From: Octopus sinensis | Taxonomy: Eukaryota | Assembly: GCF_006345805.1 (NCBI RefSeq) | Contig: NC_043007.1 | Span: forward strand, 62,496,001-62,560,000 | Direction: 5' to 3' | DNA length: 64,000 bases | The notes under the pieces: model-generated | What the model was told of the DNA's origin: nothing | Database searches by the model: none | The model's input: the letters and a program-made list of their open reading frames with translations, nothing else | Made by a program: the position numbers and the translations under genes | Part shown: piece by piece, positions 25,905-38,605 of the stretch | Layout of the letters: each line of letters starts with the position of its first letter | How positions within the stretch are numbered: position 1 is the first letter of the stretch

Positions 25905-26390
25905 CATCCGTTCGTGTCCGCTGTCAGCCTCGTCTGGCACCCGTGCCGGTGATACGTAAAAGCACCATTCGCTCGTGGCCGTTTGCCAGCTCTGCCTGGC
26001 CCCGTGTCGGTGGCACGTAAAAGCACCATCCGTTCGTGTTCGTTGCCAGCCTCGCCTCGCCCCGTGCCGGTTACACGTAAAAGCACCGTCCGTTCGTGGC
26101 CGTTTTCCAGCTCTGTCTGGCCCCGTGTCGGTGGCACGTAAAAGCACCATCCGTTCATGTCCGTTGCCAGCCTCGGCTGGCCCCGTGCCGGTGACACGTA
26201 AAAGCACCGTCCGCTCGTGGCCGTTTGCCAGCTCTGTCTGGCAACCGTGTCGGTGGCACGTAAAAGCACCATCCGTTCGCGTCCGTTGCCAGCATCGCCT
26301 GGCCCCGTGCCGGTGACACGTAAAAGCACCATCCGTTCGTGGCCGTTCGCCAGCTCTGTCTGGCACCTGTGCAGGTGGCACGTAAAAGAC
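25905..26390 (+). repeat. GC/CpG-rich minisatellite, 8 units of about 60 bp in strict A-B alternation
   Basis: Every unit ends in 'acgtaaaagcac'-like sequence. A units carry 'gtccgttgccagcctcg', B units 'gccgtttgccagctctg'. Confidence 0.92.
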
Positions 26391-26558
26391 ACCCACTACA
26401 CTCGCGGAGTGGTTGGCGTTAGGAAGGGCATCCAGCCGTAGAAACACTGCCAGATCTGACTGGGCCTGACGAAGCCTTCCAGCTTCACAGACCCCAGTTG
26501 ACCCGTCCAACCCATGCTAGCATGGAAAGCGGACGCTAAACGATGATGATGATGATGA

Positions 26559-26562
<4 letters not shown>
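26391..26562 (+). mobile_element. RTE-tail retroposon 3' end (young, CpG intact)
   Basis: 'gttggcgttaggaagggcatccagccg...ccatgctagcatggaaagcggacgctaaacgatgatgatg'. Confidence 0.85.
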
Positions 26563-26589
<27 letters not shown>

Positions 26590-26591
<2 letters not shown>

Positions 26592-27010
26592 CACAGGAGT
26601 GGTTGTGTGGTAAGTAGCTTGCTTACCAACCACATGGTTCCAGGTTCATTCCCACTGCATGTCTTGGGCAAGTGTCTTCTACTATAGCCTCGGGCCAACC
26701 AAAGCCTTGTGAGTGGATTTGGTTGACGGAAACTGAAGGAAGCCTGTCGTATATACGAATATATATATATATGTATGTGTGTGTATATGTTTGTGTGTCT
26801 GTGTTTATCCTCCCCACCATCGCTTGACAACGGATGGTGGTGCGTTTACGTCCCTGTAACTTAGCAGTTCAGCAAAAGAGACTGATACAATAAGTACTAG
26901 GCTTACAAAGAATAAGTCCTGGGGTTGATTTGCTTGACTAAAGGTGGTGCTCCAGCATGGCTGCAGTCAAATGACTGAAACAAGTAAAAGAGAGTAAAGA
27001 GTAAAAGAGT
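26590..27010 (+). mobile_element. SINE family 1 copy
   Basis: Full head-microsatellite-tail structure. Confidence 0.9.
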
Positions 27011-27224
27011 ATATATATATATATATCGTCTGTAAGAAACAAAAACACAAAAGAAGAAGCCCACTCTAAGATGTAGAGCAGTATATATCAAAAATGGGGA
27101 AGTCCGGTTTATGGGATTACCTTGGGTTTCTCATCCATAAAGGGTTTCTATCCATCGATGTAGCTATCTAACACACATGTGCATGCATGTGTGTATGTGT
27201 GTGTGTGTGTGTGTAAATATATTT

Positions 27225-28145
27225 TTTCATCATCATCATCATCATCCTTTAACATCCATGTCCCATGCTGGTATGGGTTGGATGGTTTGACCAGAGCTAG
27301 CAAGCAGGAGAGCTGCAGTATGTTCCAGTCTGATTTGGCTTGGTTTCTGAAGCTGGATGCCCTTCCTAATGCCAACCACTTTACAGTGTGTGCTGGTTGC
27401 TTTTAACATGGCACTTGCATGAGCACTGTTACATGGAGCCAGCACATGTGTTTTTTACAAGATACAAGCACAGGTCTTTTGCAAACCAATCCTCTTCATC
27501 CGGGGAAGAAACCTTAGTACTTCTGCTGTGGAGGATGGGTCTTTTTGAGTACAGCAATGTACCAGATATCTCAGTCCTTTGCCATCTCATCCATAAGGTT
27601 CAGTGTCTTGAAGTTGTTCTTCAGTAATTTGTCCCATGTCATCCTGGGTCTTCCTCTTCCATGAGTTCTATCCACTTTGAGTGATTGGCCCTTTTTTATG
27701 GAGCTGTCAACAGCCATCAACACCACATGACCAATCCAGCATAGTCTTCTCTCTTGCACACTGCATCTAATTCCTCTTATACCTAATTTTTTTCTCAGCA
27801 CACTAGCATTCCAAATGTACACTGACATTGCACATCCAGCAGAGCATACTAGCCTCATTCCTCTCTAGCCTTTGCATGTTCTCTGTATTCAGGGCCAATG
27901 TTTCTCTACAATATAGAATTTCTGTTCATATGTATGCATCATACAATCTTCCTTTGACTTGGAGGGAGAGACCTTTGGTTGAATTCAGAGGTAAAAACTC
28001 TCTGAAATTTCTTCAACCTATTCTTATTCTAGACATTATACTTTTCATACATTCTCCTCCACTACTAATTTGGTCCCTTAGATTGCAAAAATTATCCACT
28101 ACCACTAATGAGCCTCCAGGGCATTTGAGAAAATCAGGCATTTAT
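27225..28145 (-). mobile_element. RTE-clade LINE 3' portion (ORF end plus 3' UTR with (GAT)n tail)
   Basis: Minus-strand translation 'DFLKCPGG...SRIRIG*RNFRE...KGRLYDA...QERRLCWIGHV...GRGRPRMTW'. Confidence 0.9.
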
Positions 28146-28555
28146 TAAGGCTCAGTCTTCAGTCTCCTCCTTTTCACCATTGTCCTTCAGGGCTATAACA
28201 GAGGAGTTCAAGACTGGCAGTCCCTGAAAACTTCTATATGCTGATGATCTTGCCCTCATAGCAGATTCTATATCAGAGCTAGAAAAGAAATTCTGAATGT
28301 GGAAGCTAAACCTGGAATCTAAGAGCCTTAAGGTTAACTTAGCAAAGACTAAGATTTTAGTAAGCAAGAAAACAGAGAGGACCCTATCCACTTCAGGTAA
28401 ATGGCCCTGCTCGGTTTGTAGGAAAGGTCTAGGCAGGAATTCCATATGGCATATTCAGTGTAATCTGTGGACACACAAGAGGTGCAATGGAATAACAGGA
28501 AAGTTATCAGAGAAAGTAGTATTCATATTTAGAAGATGCACAGGAACTATAAAAT
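28146..28555 (+). mobile_element. Inverted upstream segment of the same RTE reverse transcriptase
   Basis: 'GSVFSLLLF...LLYADDLALIA...LKVNLAKTK...WPCSVCRKG...RRCTGTIK', which is expected to lie immediately upstream of 'DFLKCPG'. Confidence 0.88.
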
Positions 28556-28556
28556 T

Positions 28557-28593
<37 letters not shown>

Positions 28594-28719
28594 TATATAT
28601 AACATTTATATAAACACCAGTTTGCAATGTTTCACAAAAAAGAGGATTCTAACTGTCACCAAATGTGACTAGGGTATTAGGAAACATCTATCTATACATA
28701 TATATATATACACACACAT

Positions 28720-28755
<36 letters not shown>

Positions 28756-29689
28756 TGGAGGATCTTTCAGTTTCCATGTATCAAATCCACTCACAAGGTT
28801 TTGTTCATCCCAGGTCTATAGCAGAAGATGCTTGGCTAAGGTGCCACACAGTGGTACTGAACCTGAAACCATGTAGTGGAGAACCATACTGCTTAACCAC
28901 ACAGCTATAACTGTTCCTAATAAATAGAAATTGGTAAAAAATATCTATTAAACTGATATAAGTTCTCCTTTTAATAGTCAGGTGTGATTTGAAAGTGCTT
29001 TTGCGGCTTGTACTGGCATGTAAATTAAATAAAAACAGGCTATATCATTGTTGTTGTTCATGATAATATTAATGATGATGATGATGATGATGTTCTTGTT
29101 CTTAATACTGCTGCTGTTGTTATTGTTGATTTTGTCATTGTTGTTTTTTAGCCTTCAAGTCAATCCTGACTTGACAAGTCTAAGATCAAAGAGGTTCCAG
29201 CCATGAGCATCCAGCCTTTATTAAAAGATCCGTAAGACTGCCTTCTTCTAGTGTGTCTATTCTATATTCAAGACAGTAGGGATATTTGAGAGATTTGAGG
29301 GATGTTTGCTTGTTCTTTTCTTGCAGGTCAACCGACCACAGAAATGATATAATCTATGAACATTAGACATCAATGAAAAGCACAGGTTATGCACCATTGA
29401 CCCTTTACCACACAGTTCAATACTCATTGACCCAACTACTAGTTGTGGCTTTCACATAATTAATACAAATATATAATTAAGTAAATCAGAATATTTAACG
29501 ATACATTTCTTCTTCACTTCCTTTTCTAGTTCCTCTTTATTTCTATTTCTATTCTACTTCTCCATTTCCAACCTTCTCCACCGCTCCCTCTTCTCTTTTC
29601 CCCTTCTTCTTCACTTCTTCCTCTTCTACTTTTAATCTATTCAATTTTTACAGTTGTTTTCTTTCTCTGGTAATTTTACATTTATCCCT

Positions 29690-30400
29690 CTCTTCCTTCC
29701 TTCTCATCCACCTTTTCGTCATTGTCCTCCTCTTCTTTCTACTGCTCTTTTTCTTTCTTTCTTTCTTTCTTTCTTACTCTCTCGTTATTTCTTCTTCTTT
29801 TTCTTCTTCTTCTTCTTCTTCTTCTTCTTCTTCTCCTCCTCCTCCTCTTCATCCTCCCCTTCTTCTTCTCCTCCTCCTCCTCCTCCTCCTCTTCATCCTC
29901 CCCTTCTTTTTCTTCTTCTTCTTCTTCTTCTTCTTCTTCTTCTTCTTCTTCTATTAACACCATCGCTACCACCACCTCAACCACAACCCACAACTACCAG
30001 CACTGCCACAAATACAACAACCATCACAAACATGGCAAACAACCACAGCCACAACCCTTATTGCTACTACCACCACCACCACCACAAATACATCCTCAAC
30101 AACTAGCATTGCCACAACCACTATCACCGCAACTTCAATCACAACCAGTGCCACCATCACTACCACCATTACCATCAGCTCGACCATGATCATAACCATC
30201 ACCACCTCAACCACAATCAATTCCAGCTTTAACACCACCATCAGCACCACCATCACCATCATCATCACCACCATCATCACTAACACTAACACCACCTCCA
30301 CTAACACCACCATTGCCACTAATACTACCATCACTAACACCACCACCATTAACGCTACCACCACCACCACCACCACCACTAACACCACCAGTATTAACAT
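29690..30400. repeat. Low-complexity (CTT)n/(CCT)n then (ACC/ATC)n tract
   Basis: Seen directly. The overlapping 150-aa ORFs are homopolymer-rich artefacts. Confidence 0.9.
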
Positions 30401-30789
30401 CAAGAACAATTCCTTCCCTCTAACATATACCGCCATTGTTAACTTCTCAATCTGACCTATTTCTTCTCTCCCTTCTTTACTGAGTTAAACACACAAATTT
30501 ATTGATTGCAACAATTTAATAAAATATATACAAAAACTAATTAGTAACCACAAAAACAATAAAAACAATTACACTTTCTAAACTATTGATTTCTTATATG
30601 AAGAGATGGTGAGTTATTATGGTTGATGTTGTTGTTGTAGGTGGTGGTGGTGGTGGTGGTGCTGGGGGTTTGGTCCCAGGCTGGCCCTGACTAAGCAGAG
30701 CTATAATCAAAGATAATCCAACTGTGGCCATTCAGTGGGGGTTTTTTTTCCTGAATGCTGGGAACTCAAGACCACAACATTATCTAACA

Positions 30790-31111
30790 CAGTGTTTCTT
30801 AACCAGGGTCCTTATAAGATTTTGGTGAGGTCCACGCAAGCAAAATCGTAAATCAGGAATCTACAGTAGCATTTTAAAGGTCCATGTAAGAATTTTGCTT
30901 TAAATGTTTTTATTGCAAGAAATGGCCAAATTTCTTTCTCTGAGATTTTAAATTAGTTCACCCTATACAAGTTAATGTGTGAAAAACAAAATAGGAATCT
31001 TGAAAGAATATCTATAAAACTAGTTTTTAAACATCAACTGACTATGGGGATCCACCAGAATAAAATAGCAATGAAAGGGGTCCACAGGTAAGAAATGGTT
31101 GAGAACTCCTG
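30790..31111. mobile_element. hAT (Buster/Charlie-like) MITE
   Basis: TIRs cagtgtttcttaacc / ggttgagaactcctg. 8-bp TSD atctaaca / atctaact with central TA. Confidence 0.8.
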
Positions 31112-31835
31112 ATCTAACTCATCTTTTTCACACAGCATGGGTTGGATGATTTGACAGGGGCCGGCCAGACAGGAGCCAGCCAAGCAGAAGCCTACACCAG
31201 ACTTCTGTGTCTGTTTTGGTAGGGTTTTTATAGCTGGATGCCCTTCCTAAAACCAACCACCCAGCAGAATGAACTGAATGCTTTTTATGTGGCACAAATA
31301 CATATGAGGTCAGTTTTGGCATGGTTTTTATTGTTGGATGCCCTGTCAAACATCAACTACTTTACAGTGTGGACTGGATGCTTTATACATGGCATTATCA
31401 CTGGCAGCATCACCAAGTAACTTGCAAAACAAAGATCCTTCAAGAGGGAGTGGGTATTGGAGGAGGTAATCTTGTGTCAGATGAAGAAAGGTTATAGTGA
31501 GGCAGGGAGACAGAAACAGGTGTCTTGCTGTAGAGGAGGTACAAGGTTACCCAGCTAGAGAGAGAGAGAGATTAGGCTACAGTAAGAGTGCAAGAGAGAG
31601 TAGGAGAGATATGGTGGCAGAGTGCCAGGCATACTCACAAGAGGTTGGGATCAGAATATAAATGGGATGGTTGAGTAACAGAAGAGAGAGATATAGATGG
31701 TGACAAGTGCCTTGTGGTATGGAGGTCATAATATAAATGGCAGGGCATTGCCAAAGAAATGTGAGTAGAGAGTAGTGGAGAATGCAGTGAGTGGTGAAAA
31801 CCTGGGAATATAGAGAGGGTGATGGGACTAGAGTA

Positions 31836-31868
<33 letters not shown>

Positions 31869-32194
31869 ACGTACATGCATGCGCACGTGTGTGTGTGTCT
31901 GTGTGTGCGTGTATACATGATATACAGTTTCCATATACCAAATTCACACACAAAACATTGTTAGGGTCAGGACTATAGTCAAAGACATTGATCCAAGATA
32001 CCTCAAAGACATAAACCAAAACCACATAGTTTTCAAGCAAACTTCTTAACCACACAGCCTTGCAATACATGCCAACATTTTTTTAGAGATAGCATCTGTA
32101 TGGTCATTCAATCTGCTAGAAGTAACAGTAAAGAAAGAATACCTTAGATTATGTGATTTTAATGACACCTTCAAAAAAGACTGGATTATCACTG

Positions 32195-32460
32195 CTGGAA
32201 TACCTCTGCTCAATCAGGACTGACCTGAGCCAAACAACATGGCAGTGGAGGCCTTCAGCATTCTCAGCCCCTGGACCATATCCTTACATGCCACTATCAG
32301 GATGGAGATGGCTATCTGCAAGTGTGAGGCCCATGAGACAGAGGGACTGTTCCAGTGCATTGCCCTTGACATCTTCCGGGGCAACACCTTTTCCATTTTG
32401 TCTGCTGGAATCATCAGGTGGTCTGAATTACAGAAAATCAAGAGAATATAAGAATTCTGT
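32195..32460 (+). pseudogene. C-terminal remnant of an RLE-type (CRE-like) non-LTR retrotransposon
   Basis: 'MAVEAFSILSP...ETEGLFQCIALDIFRGNTFSIL' resembles the 'AVETxGxxGP...LFQRISxAxxRGNAxSIL' C-terminus. Confidence 0.5.
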
Positions 32461-32942
32461 AGCTTACTACTCATAGCTGGCCTGTATATAATTAAGATGT
32501 AATTATATACAGTTGAACGTGTTGAATGTGTTTGCTTAAATAAACAGAAATTACTATGTATTTGACATTGGTATCAGAGTTCTACTATTTCTTAGGCTTC
32601 AATTTTGTTAATGGTGAGGAATTAAGGTGGCATGCAACATTCATACTTCTCAAGACATTTCTGTGGAAAAGCTATCTTTTGCTCTAGTCTACCTCAGTCT
32701 CTAAATAATCAGTTGGTTAAGTTTTTTTTCCATTCTTTCTTTTTTTTTTTTCATATATTTTCAATTTCCAATTCCATCACTGTTACCTTTTATTCTGTTT
32801 TTCTTTATTGCATTTTAAAATTTATTTTTGTATTTTTTAGGGGTTTTTTATGTTGTAATATATAAATATATAAATAAATGAATAAATAAATATATTAACT
32901 ATCAACCTCAGTTTTATTCTTTATAAAAATTATTTTCCTTCA

Positions 32943-32985
<43 letters not shown>

Positions 32986-33014
32986 TTATATATCTATCTA
33001 TCTATCTATTTATA

Positions 33015-33184
<170 letters not shown>

Positions 33185-33680
33185 CTTATCTGTCTCTATT
33201 TATGTCTCTTTATCTATTTGGCTCTATCTGTCTATCAAAATAACTACCTAACTCTATATATCTGTCTATCAATCGAGTTGTCTATCTGTTTGTCTGTCTG
33301 TCTGTCTGTCTACTTATCTACTCAATCTATTCAACAAGTTATCTATCCATCTGAACATGTATCTATCACTCATATTAGAAAAGTTTTTTTTATAATTCCA
33401 TTATATACTGTCTTTCTCTGTTTACCCTCTCTCTCCTCACACAAACATGGATACACATGCATAGACACACTCTCTTCATTTAACTTTTTCATTAAATATA
33501 TTTGTTACAAACTTTCCCCTCTTTCCTCTCTTTCCCAATCTTGATTTTTTCTTTCTATCTTTTTATCTCCAATTTCTCTCCATTTTTAGCTTATAGTCTT
33601 TTTCATTCCCTCTACTCCCACTGTACCCACCTTCTCTCTCTCTCTCTCTCTCTCTTTATATATATATATATATATATATA

Positions 33681-33709
33681 CATGAGTGTGTATGCATACA
33701 TACATACAA

Positions 33710-33740
<31 letters not shown>

Positions 33741-33794
33741 TGTATGTATGTATTGTATATATGTGTATCTATCTATTTATCTGTATGTCCTTGC

Positions 33795-33837
<43 letters not shown>

Positions 33838-33877
33838 ATATATATATACATGAGTGTGTATGCATACATACATACAA

Positions 33878-33908
<31 letters not shown>

Positions 33909-33964
33909 TGTATGTATGTATTGTATATATGTGTATCTATATCTATTTATCTGTATGTCCTTGC

Positions 33965-34012
<48 letters not shown>
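33681..34012. repeat. Tandem duplication of a 168-bp compound microsatellite unit
   Basis: 'catgagtgtgtatgcatac...ccttgcatatg' starts at 33681 and again at 33849. Confidence 0.85.
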
Positions 34013-34017
<5 letters not shown>

Positions 34018-34038
34018 CACACACAAACACATACATAC

Positions 34039-34071
<33 letters not shown>

Positions 34072-34076
34072 TAGAC

Positions 34077-34117
<41 letters not shown>

Positions 34118-34207
34118 TACCCACACACACAACAACAACCTTTCTACAGATATTATATATTCATATGCTTTGCTTTCTTTCACTCTCTAACTCCATTATA
34201 TACTCAC

Positions 34208-34842
34208 ATACAGAAAGTGTATGGAGAGGAGTGTATGACCTGCACACAAGTGTACGAGTGATTCAGACATTTCCAGGATGGCCAAAAATTGTCGATATTG
34301 ACGAACATTCTGGGAGCCCCACAATCAGCAGAACTGAGAAAAACATCACAGAAGTGCATGCAGCTGTGCGGGGAAATTGTCAAATCACCATCTGTGAGTT
34401 ATCAAAGGCTGTGCAGATTAGTTACAGTTCAGTTCAGTCCATTATCACTGAAGATTTGGGTATGAGATGCATGTCAGCAAATTTTGTGCCAAAACTGCTT
34501 TCAACTGACCAAAAAGACAGGTTTCAGTTGCACAAGATCTTGATTGTGTCGAGGACAATGAAAACTTTTTGAAAACTTTACATAGGCCTCTGAGCAGTTA
34601 TTGCAAGCTTTTGGCAAAATTTGATGTAGATTCTCTGCTCAGCTTCCTCTATCATAGTCAATGTAATGATCACACGCTACACACCTTCCTTCCAAGCACT
34701 GCTGTAAACAGCTGAAGTGAGCTACAATGTTAAAACTGAGTGTGCATGCACAGCAAAGGTCAATCTGTATGAAGCAGCTTCACACTGTGTGCTTTAGCTT
34801 CATTACTATGGCAATAGTTGAGATACTTATTGATCAGACCAT
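34208..34842. mobile_element. Mariner (DD34D-type) 5' half split by an internal inversion
   Basis: 34578-34842 (-): TIR 'ggtctgatcaataagtatc' plus 'MIEEAEQRIYIKFCQKL...EAYV'. 34208-34577 (+): 'IQKVYGEECMTCTQVYE*F...SANFVPKLL...CVEDNENFLKT'. Confidence 0.85.
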
Positions 34843-35175
34843 GTATGTATATATATATATCCATCTATTTAGCTATCTATCTATCAATATATATATATAA
34901 GCATATATACATACATATATATATACATACATACGTACATATATTCATATATACACACACACATACATGCATACATGCATACATACATACATGTATATAT
35001 ATATACATATATATGAAGACAGATATAAATATATTTAGTTATCTTCCTATCTATCTATCTATCTATCTATCTCTCTATCTGTCTATTTATCTTTCTATCT
35101 AATCTATCTATCCGTCTGTCTATTTATCTATCTATCTAATCTATCTATCCGTCTGTCTATTTATCTATCTATCTA

Positions 35176-35224
<49 letters not shown>

Positions 35225-35842
35225 CCTACCTACCTATCTGTCTGTCTATCTCTCTAATCATACATCCATTTAGCTATGCATTTCTCCATCTCATTTAATC
35301 ATTTCATTTTTGTTATTTCATTAAATTTATTGTCTATTTTATGCAACTAAACCTGCTGTCAATTGTTTAAGTTTTTGTAATGTCAGTTAATATTATTTTC
35401 TTCTCAATCATTACCATCGTCTTCATCATCATCATCATCATCATCATCATTACCACCATCACTGTTGTTTTTGTTGTCATCACTATTACCACCACCATTG
35501 CCATTGCCATCATTCTCGTCAACATCGCCATCATCTTCATCTTCATCATCATCATCATCATCATTATCACTATAAATAGTTTTGTTTTTTTGCTTCATTC
35601 ATTTTTCTTTTTTTTTATCTAATTTCTGATATGATGTAAAATGTCATTATTTCTGAATTACCAAACTTTAGATTCTAACACTCAAACAAACAAGCATATA
35701 ATATACAAGTGTTCGTGTGTGTGTGTGTGTGTGGTGTGTGTGTGTGTGTGGTGTGTGTGTGTGTGTGTGCGTGTGTGTGTGTGCATGTTTGTGTGTGTGT
35801 GTGTGTGCGTGTGCATGTGTGTATGTAAGTTGAAGTGTCTAC

Positions 35843-35874
<32 letters not shown>

Positions 35875-36261
35875 TGTGTGTGTGTGTTGTGTGTGTGTGT
35901 GGTGTGTGTGTGCACGTATGCTTGCATGAATGTATGTTAGTGACTAGAAAGAGAGAGAGATAGACAGGGAAAGAGAATTAGTTGAGTGTGCTTATTTGTA
36001 TGCTACTGAAGATTGAAAAATATATAGAGATAAATGTATACAGAAATGTGTGTGTAAAAGAATGTATTATAGACACTTTTATGCATATACATATACATAC
36101 ACACATATATCCATAAACATTGATATATACATACATACACAGACACATAGATATATGCACACATACATATACACATACACCAATACATACATGCATGCAC
36201 ACATACATACATACATACATACATACATACATACATACATACATACATAGATACATACATA

Positions 36262-36440
36262 CATAGTTGTAGTGCACCTGAGCACTGTACACAATTATTA
36301 TTATTATTATTATTATTATATACACTTTTGAGCCACAGAAAAGAGGTAGGCACAATTCTAAGACATCATTCTTCTCCTTTTGAGATGACAACTGGTGTAC
36401 CAAAAGAATCCGTTCTTGGACCCCTGTTGTTTGTTGCACA
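36262..36440 (+). mobile_element. CR1/Jockey-group LINE scraps: 3' tail (36262-36320) followed by an RT motif-B' fragment (36325-36440)
   Basis: 'agttgtagtgcacctgagcactgtacacaattattatt' and 'gagatgacaactggtgtacc...gttcttggacccc' match the 50.7-52.8 kb element. Confidence 0.75.
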
Positions 36441-37620
36441 GTGTTTTGTTATGGCCCCTGTTTTGTTTGTACTCTTCTTTTACGTGATGCTGAGGTATGC
36501 TTTTGATGACATACAAAATGGTGTCAAATTCCAGTTTTGAACAAGTGGTGGACTATTCAATCATCAGTGTTTCAAAGCCAGAACACTCCTCCTCACCAGT
36601 ATCATTCATGATCTACTTTTTGCATATGATGTTGCACTAGTAGCAACCTCCTAAGAGAAAGCTCAGGAATTTCTTAAACAGTTTTCTACTGCATGTAAAG
36701 CCTTTGGTTTGACCATCAACATGAAGAAGATGGAAGTACTCCACCAACCTGGCTCTACTCCTAAGCAAATTCGAAGTGTCAAGCAGAAGACACTGGTTCA
36801 TAATTTTTCTGACACTCCTATGCAGGTTGATGGGGAAAAACCTAAATTATGTGAAGTCATTTACATATCTTAGTAGTAAAGTGAATTCAAATGCTTCCCT
36901 TGATGAAATTGTCAACTGTCTTGCAAAGCCAACCAATACCTTTGGCAAACTCTGCTACTGCCTATGGAATGAAAGCAGCATTAAACTTGACACCAAAGTA
37001 CAGGTCTACAAAGTTGCCATTCTTACTACTCTCTTGTGTGGCTCAGAATCATGGACATCCTATAGATGATACATTAACCAACTAGACACTTTCCACAAAG
37101 CCTGTCTCTGGTCAATCTGTGGTTATTCACAAATAGACAGTTTCTAATGCTGACCTGTTTAGCAAGTGTCAGATTGGCGGAATTTAGAGCTTCCTTACAT
37201 AGTCACAATTGAGTTGGGCTGGCCAAGTTGTCAGAATGAATGATGAAAGAATAACCAAAGTCCTCATGTACAGCCACCTTGATAGTGGGCACAGGAATGT
37301 TAGTCAACCGTGGCTCAGATATAAGGACAAGCTGAAGAGTAACCTCTCAGCAGTGAAGATAGCTCACACCTTTGAGTGAACAGCCTTTGAGCAAACAAAA
37401 GTGAGATCACTGTGTCAAAATGATATAAGAAACTTTGTTGCAACTAGCATTAACAGGCTTAGAGGAACAAGGCAAAGGAGAAAAGTGGCTGCAAGTATAC
37501 CACCTGCACTAACCTATAATCCTCATACTTGCAGTAACTATGGGCTACTTTGCAAATCATTGGTGGGACTTAAATGTCACATTCAACATGAGCATTTTGA
37601 CAGACAAAAAAAGAGTAGGT
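36441..37620 (+). pseudogene. Decayed RTE (Bov-B-like) RT C-terminal half with a terminal zinc-finger-like motif
   Basis: 'VMAPVLF', 'DLLFAYDVAL', 'GLTINMKK', 'FTYLSS', 'TLLCGSESW', 'SWAGQVVRM', 'C..CKSLVGLKCHIQHEH'. Confidence 0.8.
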
Positions 37621-37847
37621 TGTCAGATTCTCCTACATCAAAACTGACAGGCGAATCCATATATATATATATATTATATACAAAGTGAGATAGGGGTTAT
37701 GAGTGTAACCCACTATGGGATATCAGTTATCCAATATACCGCCAGTGAAGTACCCAAAAGGCTAATACATAAATGCTTACAATTGCAATGCAATTAGTTC
37801 ATTTATTGTATTAGATGGGCGAAGGTAAAATGTTTTACCTCAAAATC

Positions 37848-38186
37848 ATAATACAAATAAGAAAATGGAGGAACAGATTCCTTTCAATCATCAACTTACA
37901 GATAATACCAATTCATATAATTTATTAACTAATTAAATAGGAACATCCAAATTGTGCCTGCACAATGAGATACCTTTATCTACAGGCTGAAACAGCTGTA
38001 AGATCCATTTTATATGTATTATTTTTATGGTATTATCTTACTTATTGATGTATATTGTTTTATTGTGTTTTATTCTGTTGGATTTGGATGTTCCTATTTA
38101 ATTAGTTAATAAATTATATGAATTGGTATTATCTGTAAGTTGATGATTGAAAGGAATCTGTTCCTCCATTTTCTTATTTGTATTAT
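37848..38186. repeat. Perfect 105-bp inverted repeat with a hammerhead 3' half in the 129-nt spacer
   Basis: 37848-37952 is the exact reverse complement of 38082-38186. Spacer has gcctgca...tacaggc-t-GAAACAGCTGTA. Confidence 0.92.
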
Positions 38187-38198
38187 ATTTTATATATA

Positions 38199-38246
<48 letters not shown>

Positions 38247-38271
38247 ATATCTATATATATATATATTATAT

Positions 38272-38345
<74 letters not shown>

Positions 38346-38442
38346 ATTTTATTATATATATATATTATATATATATATATTTTATATATATATATATATA
38401 TATAGATATATATATATATATTTTATATATATATATATATTT

Positions 38443-38479
<37 letters not shown>

Positions 38480-38503
38480 ATAATATATATATTTATATAT
38501 ATA

Positions 38504-38540
<37 letters not shown>
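38187..38540. repeat. About 350-bp interrupted (TA)n tract
   Basis: Seen directly. Confidence 0.95.
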
Positions 38541-38544
<4 letters not shown>

Positions 38545-38605
38545 TAAAAATGGTAAGACAACAAAAGAAAGAAAGAGACTTTGATCTTATGTAAATAGAG
38601 GAATT

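Noticed and set aside
25881-26510. 209-aa repeat protein, or a CRISPR-like array
   Set aside because: The ORF follows the minisatellite, and there are no unique spacers or cas genes.
25304-27165. Shared 21-mer tttctatccatcgatgtagct at about 25305 and 27145
   Set aside because: Too short to interpret. It is probably a fragment of a dispersed repeat.
29654-30455. Thr-rich, Ser-rich and poly-Glu ORFs as mucin-like exons
   Set aside because: They are trinucleotide low-complexity sequence with no convincing splice sites.
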